Origin: Bacilli bacterium
Lineage (GTDB): Bacteria > Bacillota_I > Bacilli_A > RFN20 > CAG-826
Direction of reading: 5' to 3'
Length of the DNA: 64,000 nucleotides
Assembly (NCBI GenBank): GCA_024680795.1
Contig: JAILBR010000062.1
Coordinates: 44,825-108,824 of the forward strand
Positions 1 to 8,191 of the stretch are shown in pieces (within the stretch, counting starts at the first letter, position 1; each line of letters begins with the position of its first letter). A model generated the notes under the pieces. The model did no database searches. It was not told where the DNA came from and saw nothing but the letters and a program-made list of their open reading frames with translations. The translations under genes and the position numbers were made by a program.

Positions 1-737
1 ACGATCCACCATACGTACCACTTGAACCACATGGCCTTGACTTCTTAAGAAGAAAATTCACTAGTAAAGTCAAAACTTGGATTGCTAATCACTATTCATT
101 CCGTTATTTCAATCATCAAATCTCGAAAGGTAGAATTGTCATTGACGGATATGAAGGTATCGAAAACCTCAAATACTTAGAAAGTGGTGCTGTCATTACC
201 GCTAACCACTTTAACCCATTTGATAGTATTCCTCTCCACAAAGTGGTAAAGAAATACTCAAAGAGAAGACTCTTTAAGATTATTAGAGAAGGTAACTGGT
301 CATTCCCAGGATTATACGGCTTCTTTATGAGAAACTGTAATACCATTCCGCTAAGTAGCAATATCGAAGTCTTAAAATACACTTTCCAGGCAGTCGATAC
401 CGTCTTAACTAGAGGCGACTTACTCCTTATCTATCCAGAACAATCAATGTGGTGGAACTACCGCAAACCAAAACCATTGAAGATTGGTGCATTCCGTTTT
501 GCTACAAAGAACAATGTTCCGGTCTTGCCAACATTTATTACGATGAGAGATACAGAGAATTATGATGGCGATGGCTATCCAATTCAAGCTTATACTCTCC
601 ATATTCTCCCTCCAATTTATCCAAATTCTGAATTAACAAGTAAGGATAATGCCCTTTATATGCAAAAAGAAAATGAGAGAGTGTGGAAAGAACTTTACGA
701 AAAGGTTTATGGCATTCCTCTAAAATACGGAAAATAG
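1..737 (+). CDS. Lysophospholipid (1-acyl-sn-glycerol-3-phosphate) acyltransferase family protein, 5' partial (frame open from window start)
   Basis: The frame of ORF 243..737 stays open back to nt 3. The upstream translation contains the acyltransferase HxxxxD motif 'ITANHFNPFDSIP'. Confidence 0.6.
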   Translation, partial: DPPYVPLEPHGLDFLRRKFTSKVKTWIANHYSFRYFNHQISKGRIVIDGYEGIENLKYLESGAVITANHFNPFDSIPLHKVVKKYSKRRLFKIIREGNWSFPGLYGFFMRNCNTIPLSSNIEVLKYTFQAVDTVLTRGDLLLIYPEQSMWWNYRKPKPLKIGAFRFATKNNVPVLPTFITMRDTENYDGDGYPIQAYTLHILPPIYPNSELTSKDNALYMQKENERVWKELYEKVYGIPLKYGK

Positions 738-740
738 TTT

Positions 741-1352
741 ATGGTTTATCTGATTATTATCATAGTCTGTTCGATAATCATTTATATTCCTAATGCGATT
801 GTTAACCCTGCAGGAGTGGATTATCCTTGGGCATATTATGCTTTAGCGGTTGTTATCTATGTCCTTGGCGAAGTTTTAATCGATGCGATTGTGGCCATCA
901 TCGGTAGAAAACTACCTGAAAAGATGATGAACCCGAAAAAAGGCATCATTCTCACTCGCGACTGGGAAATGAAAATGTTTGAAGCCCTTAAAGTTAAGGC
1001 GTGGAAAGACTATATGCCTGACTTAGGCAGATTCACTAACTTCCCTAAAGGGAATTTGATGGATCCGCTTAATAACGAATACATCAAGAGATACATTCTA
1101 GAAGCAAGTTATGGAGTTTGGATTCATTACGCAAGCGTGCCTGCTTCACCTCTCATCCTATTATTAGGATTCATTCAACCAGAAAGTGTTGCGACTTGGA
1201 CGGTTGGCGTTCCAGTAGTGTTTGTTAACATGGTTCTCATATTATTACCTGCTTGGACATTAAAATATAACCTTCCTCGTTTAGTCAGAATTGCGGATAT
1301 GAATGACCGATTTTTGGCAAAAAGAAAAGAAAAAGAAGAGAATAGCGATTAG
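741..1352 (+). CDS. Hypothetical integral membrane protein, translationally coupled to the upstream acyltransferase
   Basis: 203-aa ORF with several hydrophobic helices. The start lies 4 nt after the upstream stop. A hairpin terminator follows at 1341-1364. Confidence 0.5.
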   Translation: MVYLIIIIVCSIIIYIPNAIVNPAGVDYPWAYYALAVVIYVLGEVLIDAIVAIIGRKLPEKMMNPKKGIILTRDWEMKMFEALKVKAWKDYMPDLGRFTNFPKGNLMDPLNNEYIKRYILEASYGVWIHYASVPASPLILLLGFIQPESVATWTVGVPVVFVNMVLILLPAWTLKYNLPRLVRIADMNDRFLAKRKEKEENSD

Positions 1353-1364
1353 TCGCTATTTTTC
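1341..1364 (+). terminator. Rho-independent terminator (aatagcga-ttag-tcgctatt + T-tract) overlapping the stop codon of the 741-1352 gene
   Basis: Perfect 8-bp stem followed by TTTTC. Confidence 0.55.
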
Positions 1365-1485
1365 TTTTAACACAACAGAGCCCTCATGCTTTTTTGTTTT
1401 ATTATATTTCTGTCCCTTATAGAAAAGCTGTTTTAATAAAATAGATAGAGTTTTATTTATAAAATAAGTTATAATCTTTTTATCT

Positions 1486-2268
1486 ATGGAAAAGTTGAAA
1501 TCTTTATCCTATTTTAGAGATTTGGGTGGCATTACGACTAAAGATGGTAACATCGTTAAAAAAGATGTTATATTTCGTTGCTGCGATTTCACCAAGATAA
1601 GCAGAGAAGATGAGGAATTGTTACGTAACAATTTCTATGCTTGCATTGACCTTCGCGCCGAAGATGAAGTGATAATGAAACCAGAATGTTTTAAAGATGA
1701 TTCCTTTTATCATCATTTCCCAATGCTCACTAATGAAGAGAATCCTGCAGTTACAAAAGAAACTAGAACCGCAATTTTAAAAAGAAGAATGAGTGAGCCT
1801 GGTGGAATGAAAGGACATATTACTCAGCTTTATCGTCGAATAGTTAATTCTGAACGTTCAAGAAAATATATCAAAAAAATCTTCAATCTTTTGTTAAACA
1901 AAGATAAAGAAGGAATTGTTGCTTATCACTGTACACAAGGGAAAGATAGAACAGGGATGGTTTCCGTTTCCATTTTATTAGCTCTTGGTGTTGATAAAGA
2001 AGATATCATTAAAGACTACTTGGGCTATAATAAGCACGAAAGATTTAAAAGATTTATGATTCAAGTAGGTATTACAACTTGGCAACTATCCTTTAAAACA
2101 GGTAGAGAATTAAATTCCGCTCTAATCGCTATAAAACGTTATATCAATGCAGCATTTGATGAGATGGATAAATTATTCGGTGGATCTGATGGCTATTTAA
2201 GAACTGGCTTAGGTCTTACTGATGAAGATTTAGCAAAGTTAAAAAAGCTTTATTTAAATAAAGCTTAA
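1486..2268 (+). CDS. PTP-fold (CX5R) phosphatase, tyrosine phosphatase family 3-like
   Basis: Active-site signature 'HCTQGKDRTG' (HCxxGxxRT). 260 aa. Confidence 0.7.
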   Translation: MEKLKSLSYFRDLGGITTKDGNIVKKDVIFRCCDFTKISREDEELLRNNFYACIDLRAEDEVIMKPECFKDDSFYHHFPMLTNEENPAVTKETRTAILKRRMSEPGGMKGHITQLYRRIVNSERSRKYIKKIFNLLLNKDKEGIVAYHCTQGKDRTGMVSVSILLALGVDKEDIIKDYLGYNKHERFKRFMIQVGITTWQLSFKTGRELNSALIAIKRYINAAFDEMDKLFGGSDGYLRTGLGLTDEDLAKLKKLYLNKA

Positions 2269-2286
2269 AATATATAAGGAGATGTT

Positions 2287-3243
2287 ATGAAACACTTAAT
2301 TATTTTAAACGCAAAAGCTGGAGCATTTAAAGATTTAGATGCTTTCAAAAAAGAAGTCGATGAAAAATTCAAAGGACTCGATTATGAACTCTATTTTACA
2401 CCTGGTCCAAGAGCGGTCATCCCTTACTTACACGAATATTTAACTAAAAATAAAGACAAAGTTCGTGTTTATGCTTGTGGTGGTGATGGCACAGTCCATG
2501 AAGTGGTAAATGGCTTAATCGGGCATCCAAATGCTGAATTAGCAGTTTTAGCGGTTGGCACCGGCAATGACTTTGTCAAAATATATTCAGAAGAAAAAGA
2601 TTGGGATAATATCGTCACTAATAAAACAGGTGAGAATAGATTTAAAGATTTCTCTAAACTCATCAATGGCACCGTTGTGGAAATTGATATTTCTAAAGTC
2701 ACAGGTCCATCCTTACCAGAACCATGGTATTCCAATAACGTCGTTAACTTTGGCTTTGACGCTATCGTCGGTGCTAAGGGTAATGAAAATAAGAGTAAAG
2801 GTAAGAAAAATCCATATGGACCAGCTGCAATTATTCCAGCTATTATGGGTGGTAGATTCAATAAGATTATTGTTAAAGCTGATGGTGAACAACTCGATAA
2901 AAAGAGAATGCTTTTGGCAAGTTTAGCGCAAGGACAATGGGTCGGCGGACAATATCATGCTTCTCCTAAGAGCGACAACACTGATGGATTAATCGATGTC
3001 GTAGTCTTAAAATGCATGAGTTTAGCAAGATTGATGATTCAATATTTTGGTCCTTACACCAAAGGTGAGCATTTATCTAACGAAAAATTATTAAAGAGAA
3101 TTGTTTATAGAAAAGCTAAAGTCGTGGAAATGAATAGTGCAAAACCATTTGATATTTGTGTTGATGGTGAAATCTTAAAGGGCACAGAATTCAAAGTGGA
3201 AGTCATGCCAAAAGCACTTAAATTTGTCGTTCCAGCAAAATAG
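2287..3243 (+). CDS. Diacylglycerol kinase catalytic-domain lipid kinase (DgkB/YegS family)
   Basis: N-terminal 'ILNAKAG' and 'ACGGDGTVHEVVNG' motifs typical of DAGK_cat. 318 aa. Confidence 0.75.
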   Translation: MKHLIILNAKAGAFKDLDAFKKEVDEKFKGLDYELYFTPGPRAVIPYLHEYLTKNKDKVRVYACGGDGTVHEVVNGLIGHPNAELAVLAVGTGNDFVKIYSEEKDWDNIVTNKTGENRFKDFSKLINGTVVEIDISKVTGPSLPEPWYSNNVVNFGFDAIVGAKGNENKSKGKKNPYGPAAIIPAIMGGRFNKIIVKADGEQLDKKRMLLASLAQGQWVGGQYHASPKSDNTDGLIDVVVLKCMSLARLMIQYFGPYTKGEHLSNEKLLKRIVYRKAKVVEMNSAKPFDICVDGEILKGTEFKVEVMPKALKFVVPAK

Positions 3244-3249
3244 TTTGTT

Positions 3250-4074
3250 ATGGTTGTCGAGTTATTAATTATTCTAATATCGATATCCTTTACCACATTA
3301 ATCACATATTTTCTTATTCCAATAGGACACGGGTACCATTATTTTGTTCCATTCCTCCTTCTAATTGCGGGATATATCCTCGGAATGATAATTATGTGGT
3401 GTGTGCTTTTCCTCTTTAGTTTGCCTTTTAAAGAAAACTATCGAACCACACATAAAAAGCCAAGCAAATGGGCTAATTTCTGGTTATCCGAATCGATTGG
3501 TTATATTAATAATCATGCTGGATGTAAAGTTAAGGTAGATGCAAAAGTTGCGCTTCCAAAAAGAGAAAGATGTTTATACATTTGTAACCATAGAAGTAAA
3601 TTTGATCCGATGATTTTATCTCAACTCTATGGCAAAAAAGATTTAGCATTTATCTCTAAACCAACTAACTTCAAGATTCCAATTGGCCATAGATTTATGT
3701 GGGGCGCGTTCTATCTCTCTATTGATAGGTTTGACAAAATGCAATCACTTCAGATTATGAAAGACGCTGGCGATTATATCAAAAATGATTTGACTAGTGT
3801 AGGTGTGTTCCCAGAAGGCACAAGAAGTGAGAATAATAATTTAGGACCATTCCATGAAGGGGTATTCACAATTGCCACACATAGTAAATGTCCAATTGTC
3901 GTTTGTTCATTTATGGGAACGGAAAAAATTAGTAAGAACTTCCCAAAAAGAAGAACACCAATTAAACTACAAATATTAGAAGTTTTATATCCTAATGATT
4001 ATGAAGGCAAGATTGTTAAAGAGATTAGTGATCATTGCTATCAAGTCATTAAGGATTCGTTAACAGATATTTAA
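3250..4074 (+). CDS. 1-acyl-sn-glycerol-3-phosphate acyltransferase (PlsC family) with N-terminal transmembrane helices
   Basis: Motifs 'CNHRSKFD' (NHxxxxD) and 'FPEGTR'. Confidence 0.75.
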   Translation: MVVELLIILISISFTTLITYFLIPIGHGYHYFVPFLLLIAGYILGMIIMWCVLFLFSLPFKENYRTTHKKPSKWANFWLSESIGYINNHAGCKVKVDAKVALPKRERCLYICNHRSKFDPMILSQLYGKKDLAFISKPTNFKIPIGHRFMWGAFYLSIDRFDKMQSLQIMKDAGDYIKNDLTSVGVFPEGTRSENNNLGPFHEGVFTIATHSKCPIVVCSFMGTEKISKNFPKRRTPIKLQILEVLYPNDYEGKIVKEISDHCYQVIKDSLTDI

Positions 4075-4083
4075 GAAAATTAA

Positions 4084-4112
4084 AAGAAGGTTTATAAAAA
4101 CCTTCTTTTTTT
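4084..4112. terminator. Bidirectional rho-independent terminator between plsC-like (+) and ABC permease (-)
   Basis: Perfect 10-bp stem aagaaggttt/aaaccttctt with loop ataa. An A-tract lies upstream and a T-tract downstream. Confidence 0.7.
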
Positions 4113-4125
4113 GTTTTGCTTGTAA

Positions 4126-4926
4126 TTATTTAATATCTCTTCTGGCAAATAATATTGTTCCTAATATTGCAAACACTGTTGCGTATATAATCGGGCAAAT
4201 AATCCCACCGGCAATTGCAGCATCAGTTAATCCTGCCACCACGACACCAAGTGAACCAAGCGATCCACTATATAAATTAAGAACATATGTTGGGAATATC
4301 CATGACATTACCACAATGAAGTTATTATCTTCAGCACCTATTTGTAAGAAAATTGGTAAAAGCGATAAAACTGTTAAGAAGATAATGAGAATTGGTAATG
4401 AACCGCCAATAACTCTAATATTGCTTGAAACAAAGATAGAGATAGATGCAATAAATATGTAAGAAGTTAAGGCAAAAAAGATATAAGGAATAATAAAATT
4501 TGCACCGCCTATTGCTTCGGCGTTAAATCCACCTAGTACTGTTCCCATTAATACTGATAAACCAACATAATAAACCATCATAATGAAGGTAAATATGATG
4601 CCAGAGAATAGTAGTGATGCATAAATAAATGATTTACGATAACCAGCGATAATCTTGTTTCTTAATGTGCCTGTTGTGAATTCTGAAACAACAAGGACAG
4701 CTAGGTTGATTGGGACCGTTAAACCAAAATTGTTCCCTGTCGACACACTAGAAAGAAGCATGCTTTGGCCTGAACATAAACTAATATCAGATAATTGCCC
4801 AATTGCGTAATAGATTAGAGGCAGTGTTATTGCTAAAACAGTGCCAATAATCATAGTGATTAAAAATGTTTTCTCTCTAAAAAGTTTATACAGAGATGCT
4901 TTGAATAGATTAAACATGTCTAGCAC
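4126..4926 (-). CDS. ABC-2 type transporter permease
   Basis: 266 aa with six hydrophobic segments. Overlaps the upstream ATPase gene by 17 nt. RBS AGGAGGTG. Confidence 0.6.
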   Translation of the reverse strand: MLDMFNLFKASLYKLFREKTFLITMIIGTVLAITLPLIYYAIGQLSDISLCSGQSMLLSSVSTGNNFGLTVPINLAVLVVSEFTTGTLRNKIIAGYRKSFIYASLLFSGIIFTFIMMVYYVGLSVLMGTVLGGFNAEAIGGANFIIPYIFFALTSYIFIASISIFVSSNIRVIGGSLPILIIFLTVLSLLPIFLQIGAEDNNFIVVMSWIFPTYVLNLYSGSLGSLGVVVAGLTDAAIAGGIICPIIYATVFAILGTILFARRDIK

Positions 4927-5824
4927 CTCCTACCAAACTTAAATAATACTCTTCGACATTTACATCATTTGTACGGATGGTTTTAATCTCGATACCTTTC
5001 TTACTTAACTTCGTTAAAATGTCAATTGGAAGAATATCATCAAAAATTCTAATATGATTTGGTGAGCGTAATAATTCTTTAATGCCAATATCTTTAAGGG
5101 CTTCTTCTAACTTATCTAAGTCGTGATAAGCAAGATCTGTAGATTTTTTACATTCTAAACCTAAGTCTTCATTTGATAATTCTTTAATAATTTTTCCATG
5201 AGAAATAAAGCCCCAATGAGTAGCTACTTTCTCTAATTCGGAAAGGATATGTGAAGAAATCAAAAATGTAATACCTTGTTTATTTAAATTAATAATGATA
5301 TCTCTTAATTCTGCTACACCTGTTGGATCCAAGCCATTCATAGGCTCATCTAGTAAAATTAATCTAGGTTTGTTTAAAAGAAGAAGTGCGATTCCTAATC
5401 TTTGACGCATACCCAAAGAAAAGTTGCCAGCCTTTTTCTTTCCAACATCTGCTAAACCAACTTGTTCCAACAAGCTAGGTATAACTTCTTTATAATTTTT
5501 AATACCAAAATAGTGACATGCATATTCAAGATTTTGATAGGCGGTCATGCTTGTGACGATTGATGGAGTTTCAACAATGGCGGATACGTTTTTTCTTATT
5601 GTATAAATTTTGTTATCTTTTCTATCAACGCCAAAGAGTGAATATGTACCCTTTGTAGGATTTGCTAAGCCCATCAAAAGACGCATGATAGTGGTTTTTC
5701 CGCTTCCGTTTTCACCAACGAATCCATAAATCGATCCTTCTGGAATATGCATTGAAACTTCATCAATGACTTTTTTACCACTATAAATTTTGACAAGAGA
5801 GTTCGTTTCTATTGCGTAATGCAT
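4910..5824 (-). CDS. ABC transporter ATP-binding protein (export-type)
   Basis: Walker A 'GENGSGKTT', signature 'FSLGMRQRLGIA', Walker B 'LILLDEP'. RBS GGAGGA. Confidence 0.85.
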   Translation of the reverse strand: MHYAIETNSLVKIYSGKKVIDEVSMHIPEGSIYGFVGENGSGKTTIMRLLMGLANPTKGTYSLFGVDRKDNKIYTIRKNVSAIVETPSIVTSMTAYQNLEYACHYFGIKNYKEVIPSLLEQVGLADVGKKKAGNFSLGMRQRLGIALLLLNKPRLILLDEPMNGLDPTGVAELRDIIINLNKQGITFLISSHILSELEKVATHWGFISHGKIIKELSNEDLGLECKKSTDLAYHDLDKLEEALKDIGIKELLRSPNHIRIFDDILPIDILTKLSKKGIEIKTIRTNDVNVEEYYLSLVGGARHV

Positions 5825-5841
5825 TTTTTTATTCCTCCTCG

Positions 5842-5859
5842 AAGAGTAATTATACTCTT
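5842..5859 (-). promoter_or_regulatory. Perfect 18-bp palindrome aagagtaattatactctt carrying the -10 (TATAAT on the minus strand) of the ABC exporter operon. Candidate operator.
   Basis: Inverted repeat AAGAGTA-TAAT-TACTCTT located about 20 nt upstream of the ATPase RBS. Confidence 0.4.
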
Positions 5860-6083
5860 TTTTTTGTTTAAAAAATAGAAAAACACGGGCTCTGCTGTGT
5901 TTTGAATATCTTGTAGGTTATGAATAAAATAAAAAATAGAGAGAACTGCGCGATTAAAAACAAAAAAACTGAAGGCCAGCTATTAAATATGGGTTAATTT
6001 TTTTTGAGTGCATAAAAGAGGGCGTTTTTGGTCAAAAATCAAACACGTTCGGCCTCTTTTTGCAAAAAATTGCTTTTTTAATA

Positions 6084-6112
6084 TTGTTTTAAATAAGTTA
6101 CGTGCGTATAAT
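6084..6112 (+). promoter_or_regulatory. Sigma-A type promoter TTGTTT-17-TATAAT for the 6142 gene
   Basis: Hexamers at 6084-6089 and 6107-6112. RBS AAGGAG before the ATG at 6142. Confidence 0.5.
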
Positions 6113-6141
6113 GTATACATACATAAAAAAAGGAGAATTTT

Positions 6142-7422
6142 ATGAAAAATCAAAAAAGATCATTTAACTTTGCTGGTTTACTAGTATTCCCTATTATTTG
6201 TGCCCTTTTAATTTTATCACTCGTCACAATCTTAAAGATCAATATGAGTGATGCTTTAAGAGCAACAAAATTAGGACAACATTTCCCAGTACCAGCACCT
6301 ATTTCCACTTTATTTAACTATAGTTTATTTGAAGGCCACCCAGCCTACATGACAGGACAAATCTTAAATAACATCGTTGCTTACTTCTTCTTAGCAAGCG
6401 CAGTTGTTTTATGTATCCTCTCATTTGCTTTAATCAAACATAATGCGAGATTAAAGATCAAGTCCGCTTTAGTTGCATTATTATTAGTCGTTCCAGCAAC
6501 TCTTGGCATGACTGGTGGATTCATTGACTTTGTTGGACACGGCTTTGTCGTTTTATTCCAAGAAAGACAAGATGCTATTCTTATCTTATTAGTGATTGTT
6601 TATGTCTTAGACTTTGCTTACTATGCGGCTGCTATTATTTACTTAGTTAACTCCATTAAATTAGCAGTTAAGGTTAACAAAGGCGAAATCCCAGTTGATG
6701 ATGAAGAAAGCGTTGTTGCTGGCGATCAAGATCAAGAAGAATTACGTTCTGAAGAAGACGAAGCTGAAAAACGCGCCGCATTATTAAAAGACATCAGAAC
6801 TATCGTTAGAGAAGAATTAGACCGTCTTGATAGAGTAGCAATCGTTAAGGAAACAGTTGCTGTTTCAACTCAACCTGCACCTAAACCAGAGCCTGAACCA
6901 GAACCAGAGCCAGAAGAGCCTGAAGAACCAGAAGAACCAGAAGTCGAAGAAGAAGCTGAAGAAGGTGGCAATGAATTATCAAAGAGCATTTCTGCTCCAA
7001 GAGTTCCATTTGCTGAAAAAATCGTCAAAGCTGATAAAGAAATTCAAGAAAAATACAACGAATTAAAGAATGATTTCTTATCCTATGGCGCTTCATCACG
7101 TCTCTCAATCGCTGGTGATACATTCCGTTTGCACCGCAAAGCATACGTTAAAATCACTTTAGTTGGTAAAACATTAAAAGTTTACTTCGCATTAGATCCA
7201 AAAGAATTCGAAGATTCACCAATTCCAGTGGCAGATGCTGGCGATAAGAATGCATATGCTGAAGTTCCTGCATTACTCAAAGTTAGATCTAACCTCTCTG
7301 TTAAGAGAGCAAAAGAACTTGCTGCTCAAGCATTTGCTAAAGATGGTATCGAAAGAGAACAAGAACCAGCAAATCACAACTACGTTAAAGACATTCGCGC
7401 TGAATTAAGAGCAAAGAAATAG
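6142..7422 (+). CDS. Hypothetical membrane protein: polytopic N-terminus, acidic Pro/Glu repeat linker (PEPEPEPEPEEPEEPEEPE), C-terminal globular domain of unknown function
   Basis: 426-aa ORF with four predicted TM helices. The low-complexity linker lies at about aa 230-270. Own promoter and terminator. Confidence 0.55.
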   Translation: MKNQKRSFNFAGLLVFPIICALLILSLVTILKINMSDALRATKLGQHFPVPAPISTLFNYSLFEGHPAYMTGQILNNIVAYFFLASAVVLCILSFALIKHNARLKIKSALVALLLVVPATLGMTGGFIDFVGHGFVVLFQERQDAILILLVIVYVLDFAYYAAAIIYLVNSIKLAVKVNKGEIPVDDEESVVAGDQDQEELRSEEDEAEKRAALLKDIRTIVREELDRLDRVAIVKETVAVSTQPAPKPEPEPEPEPEEPEEPEEPEVEEEAEEGGNELSKSISAPRVPFAEKIVKADKEIQEKYNELKNDFLSYGASSRLSIAGDTFRLHRKAYVKITLVGKTLKVYFALDPKEFEDSPIPVADAGDKNAYAEVPALLKVRSNLSVKRAKELAAQAFAKDGIEREQEPANHNYVKDIRAELRAKK

Positions 7423-7443
7423 TCTAATAACTTAGAATAACAA

Positions 7444-7475
7444 AAATACCAAGTTCGAAACTTGGTATTTTTTAT
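7444..7475. terminator. Bidirectional terminator between the 6142 gene (+) and yggS (-)
   Basis: Stem ataccaagtt/aacttggtat, followed by TTTTTT. Confidence 0.7.
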
Positions 7476-8113
7476 TTATATAAAATTCTGCCTAGTCTAA
7501 TGTGCGTAGCCCCTGCTTTTATTGCAGCTAAATAGTCATCGCTCATTCCCATTGATAAGAATTTAAGGGGGATATGCTTGGTTTTTACTAGTTTATCACG
7601 CAAATCAGCTAACTTTTTAAATTCAATTTCTGGGTTGTCACTATCTTTATATGCCATCATCATAAGTCCAACAATATTAATATTCTTTAGAGGAAGTATT
7701 TCATCTATAAAATTTTCTAATTCATAATATGGAACACCATTTTTATTTTCTTCAAGGTTTATTGATACTTCGACAAAGACGTTTAGAGGTGTTTCCCTTA
7801 ACTTATCTATTTCTTTTGCTAGCTCTATTGAATCTAAGGAGTGTAGATAATCAATCTTGTTAATGATTTTCTTGGCTTTGTTCCTTTGAAGATGACCAAT
7901 AAAATGCCAATTAATGTCTTTCAAATTACCTAGTTTTTCATATTTAGTCAAAAAAGAGTCGACACGATTCTCTCCGAAATCTTTTATTCCGTTTTCATAT
8001 AAGACTCTCATGTCATTTGCATCAACATATTTGGTAGCGGCGACAATAGTGACATTATTTGGAATTGTGCTAATAAACTCTTTTAAATCTTCTCTAACCA
8101 TATCATGTATCAT
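7472..8113 (-). CDS. yggS: YggS family pyridoxal-phosphate homeostasis protein
   Basis: Motifs 'FGENRV' and 'HFIGHLQRNK'. 213 aa. Confidence 0.8.
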   Translation of the reverse strand: MIHDMVREDLKEFISTIPNNVTIVAATKYVDANDMRVLYENGIKDFGENRVDSFLTKYEKLGNLKDINWHFIGHLQRNKAKKIINKIDYLHSLDSIELAKEIDKLRETPLNVFVEVSINLEENKNGVPYYELENFIDEILPLKNINIVGLMMMAYKDSDNPEIEFKKLADLRDKLVKTKHIPLKFLSMGMSDDYLAAIKAGATHIRLGRILYK

Positions 8114-8191
8114 AGCACTATTTGGATTATATATTCGATTTTTTCGATAATTATAGAAATTATTATTCTATTTAAATAAAATAATAGTTGT

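Noticed and set aside
116-382. 88-aa minus-strand ORF at the window start
   Set aside because: It is antisense to the acyltransferase reading frame that carries a clear HxxxxD motif.
2469-2926. Antisense and alternate-frame ORFs 2469-2861 (minus) and 2555-2926 (plus)
   Set aside because: Both are embedded in the well-supported DAGK_cat lipid kinase gene. They have no RBS and no motifs.
6857-7066. 69-aa plus-strand ORF in an alternative frame
   Set aside because: It lies inside the PE-repeat region of the 6142-7422 gene. It is an off-frame reading of repetitive sequence, with K/N/Q low complexity.
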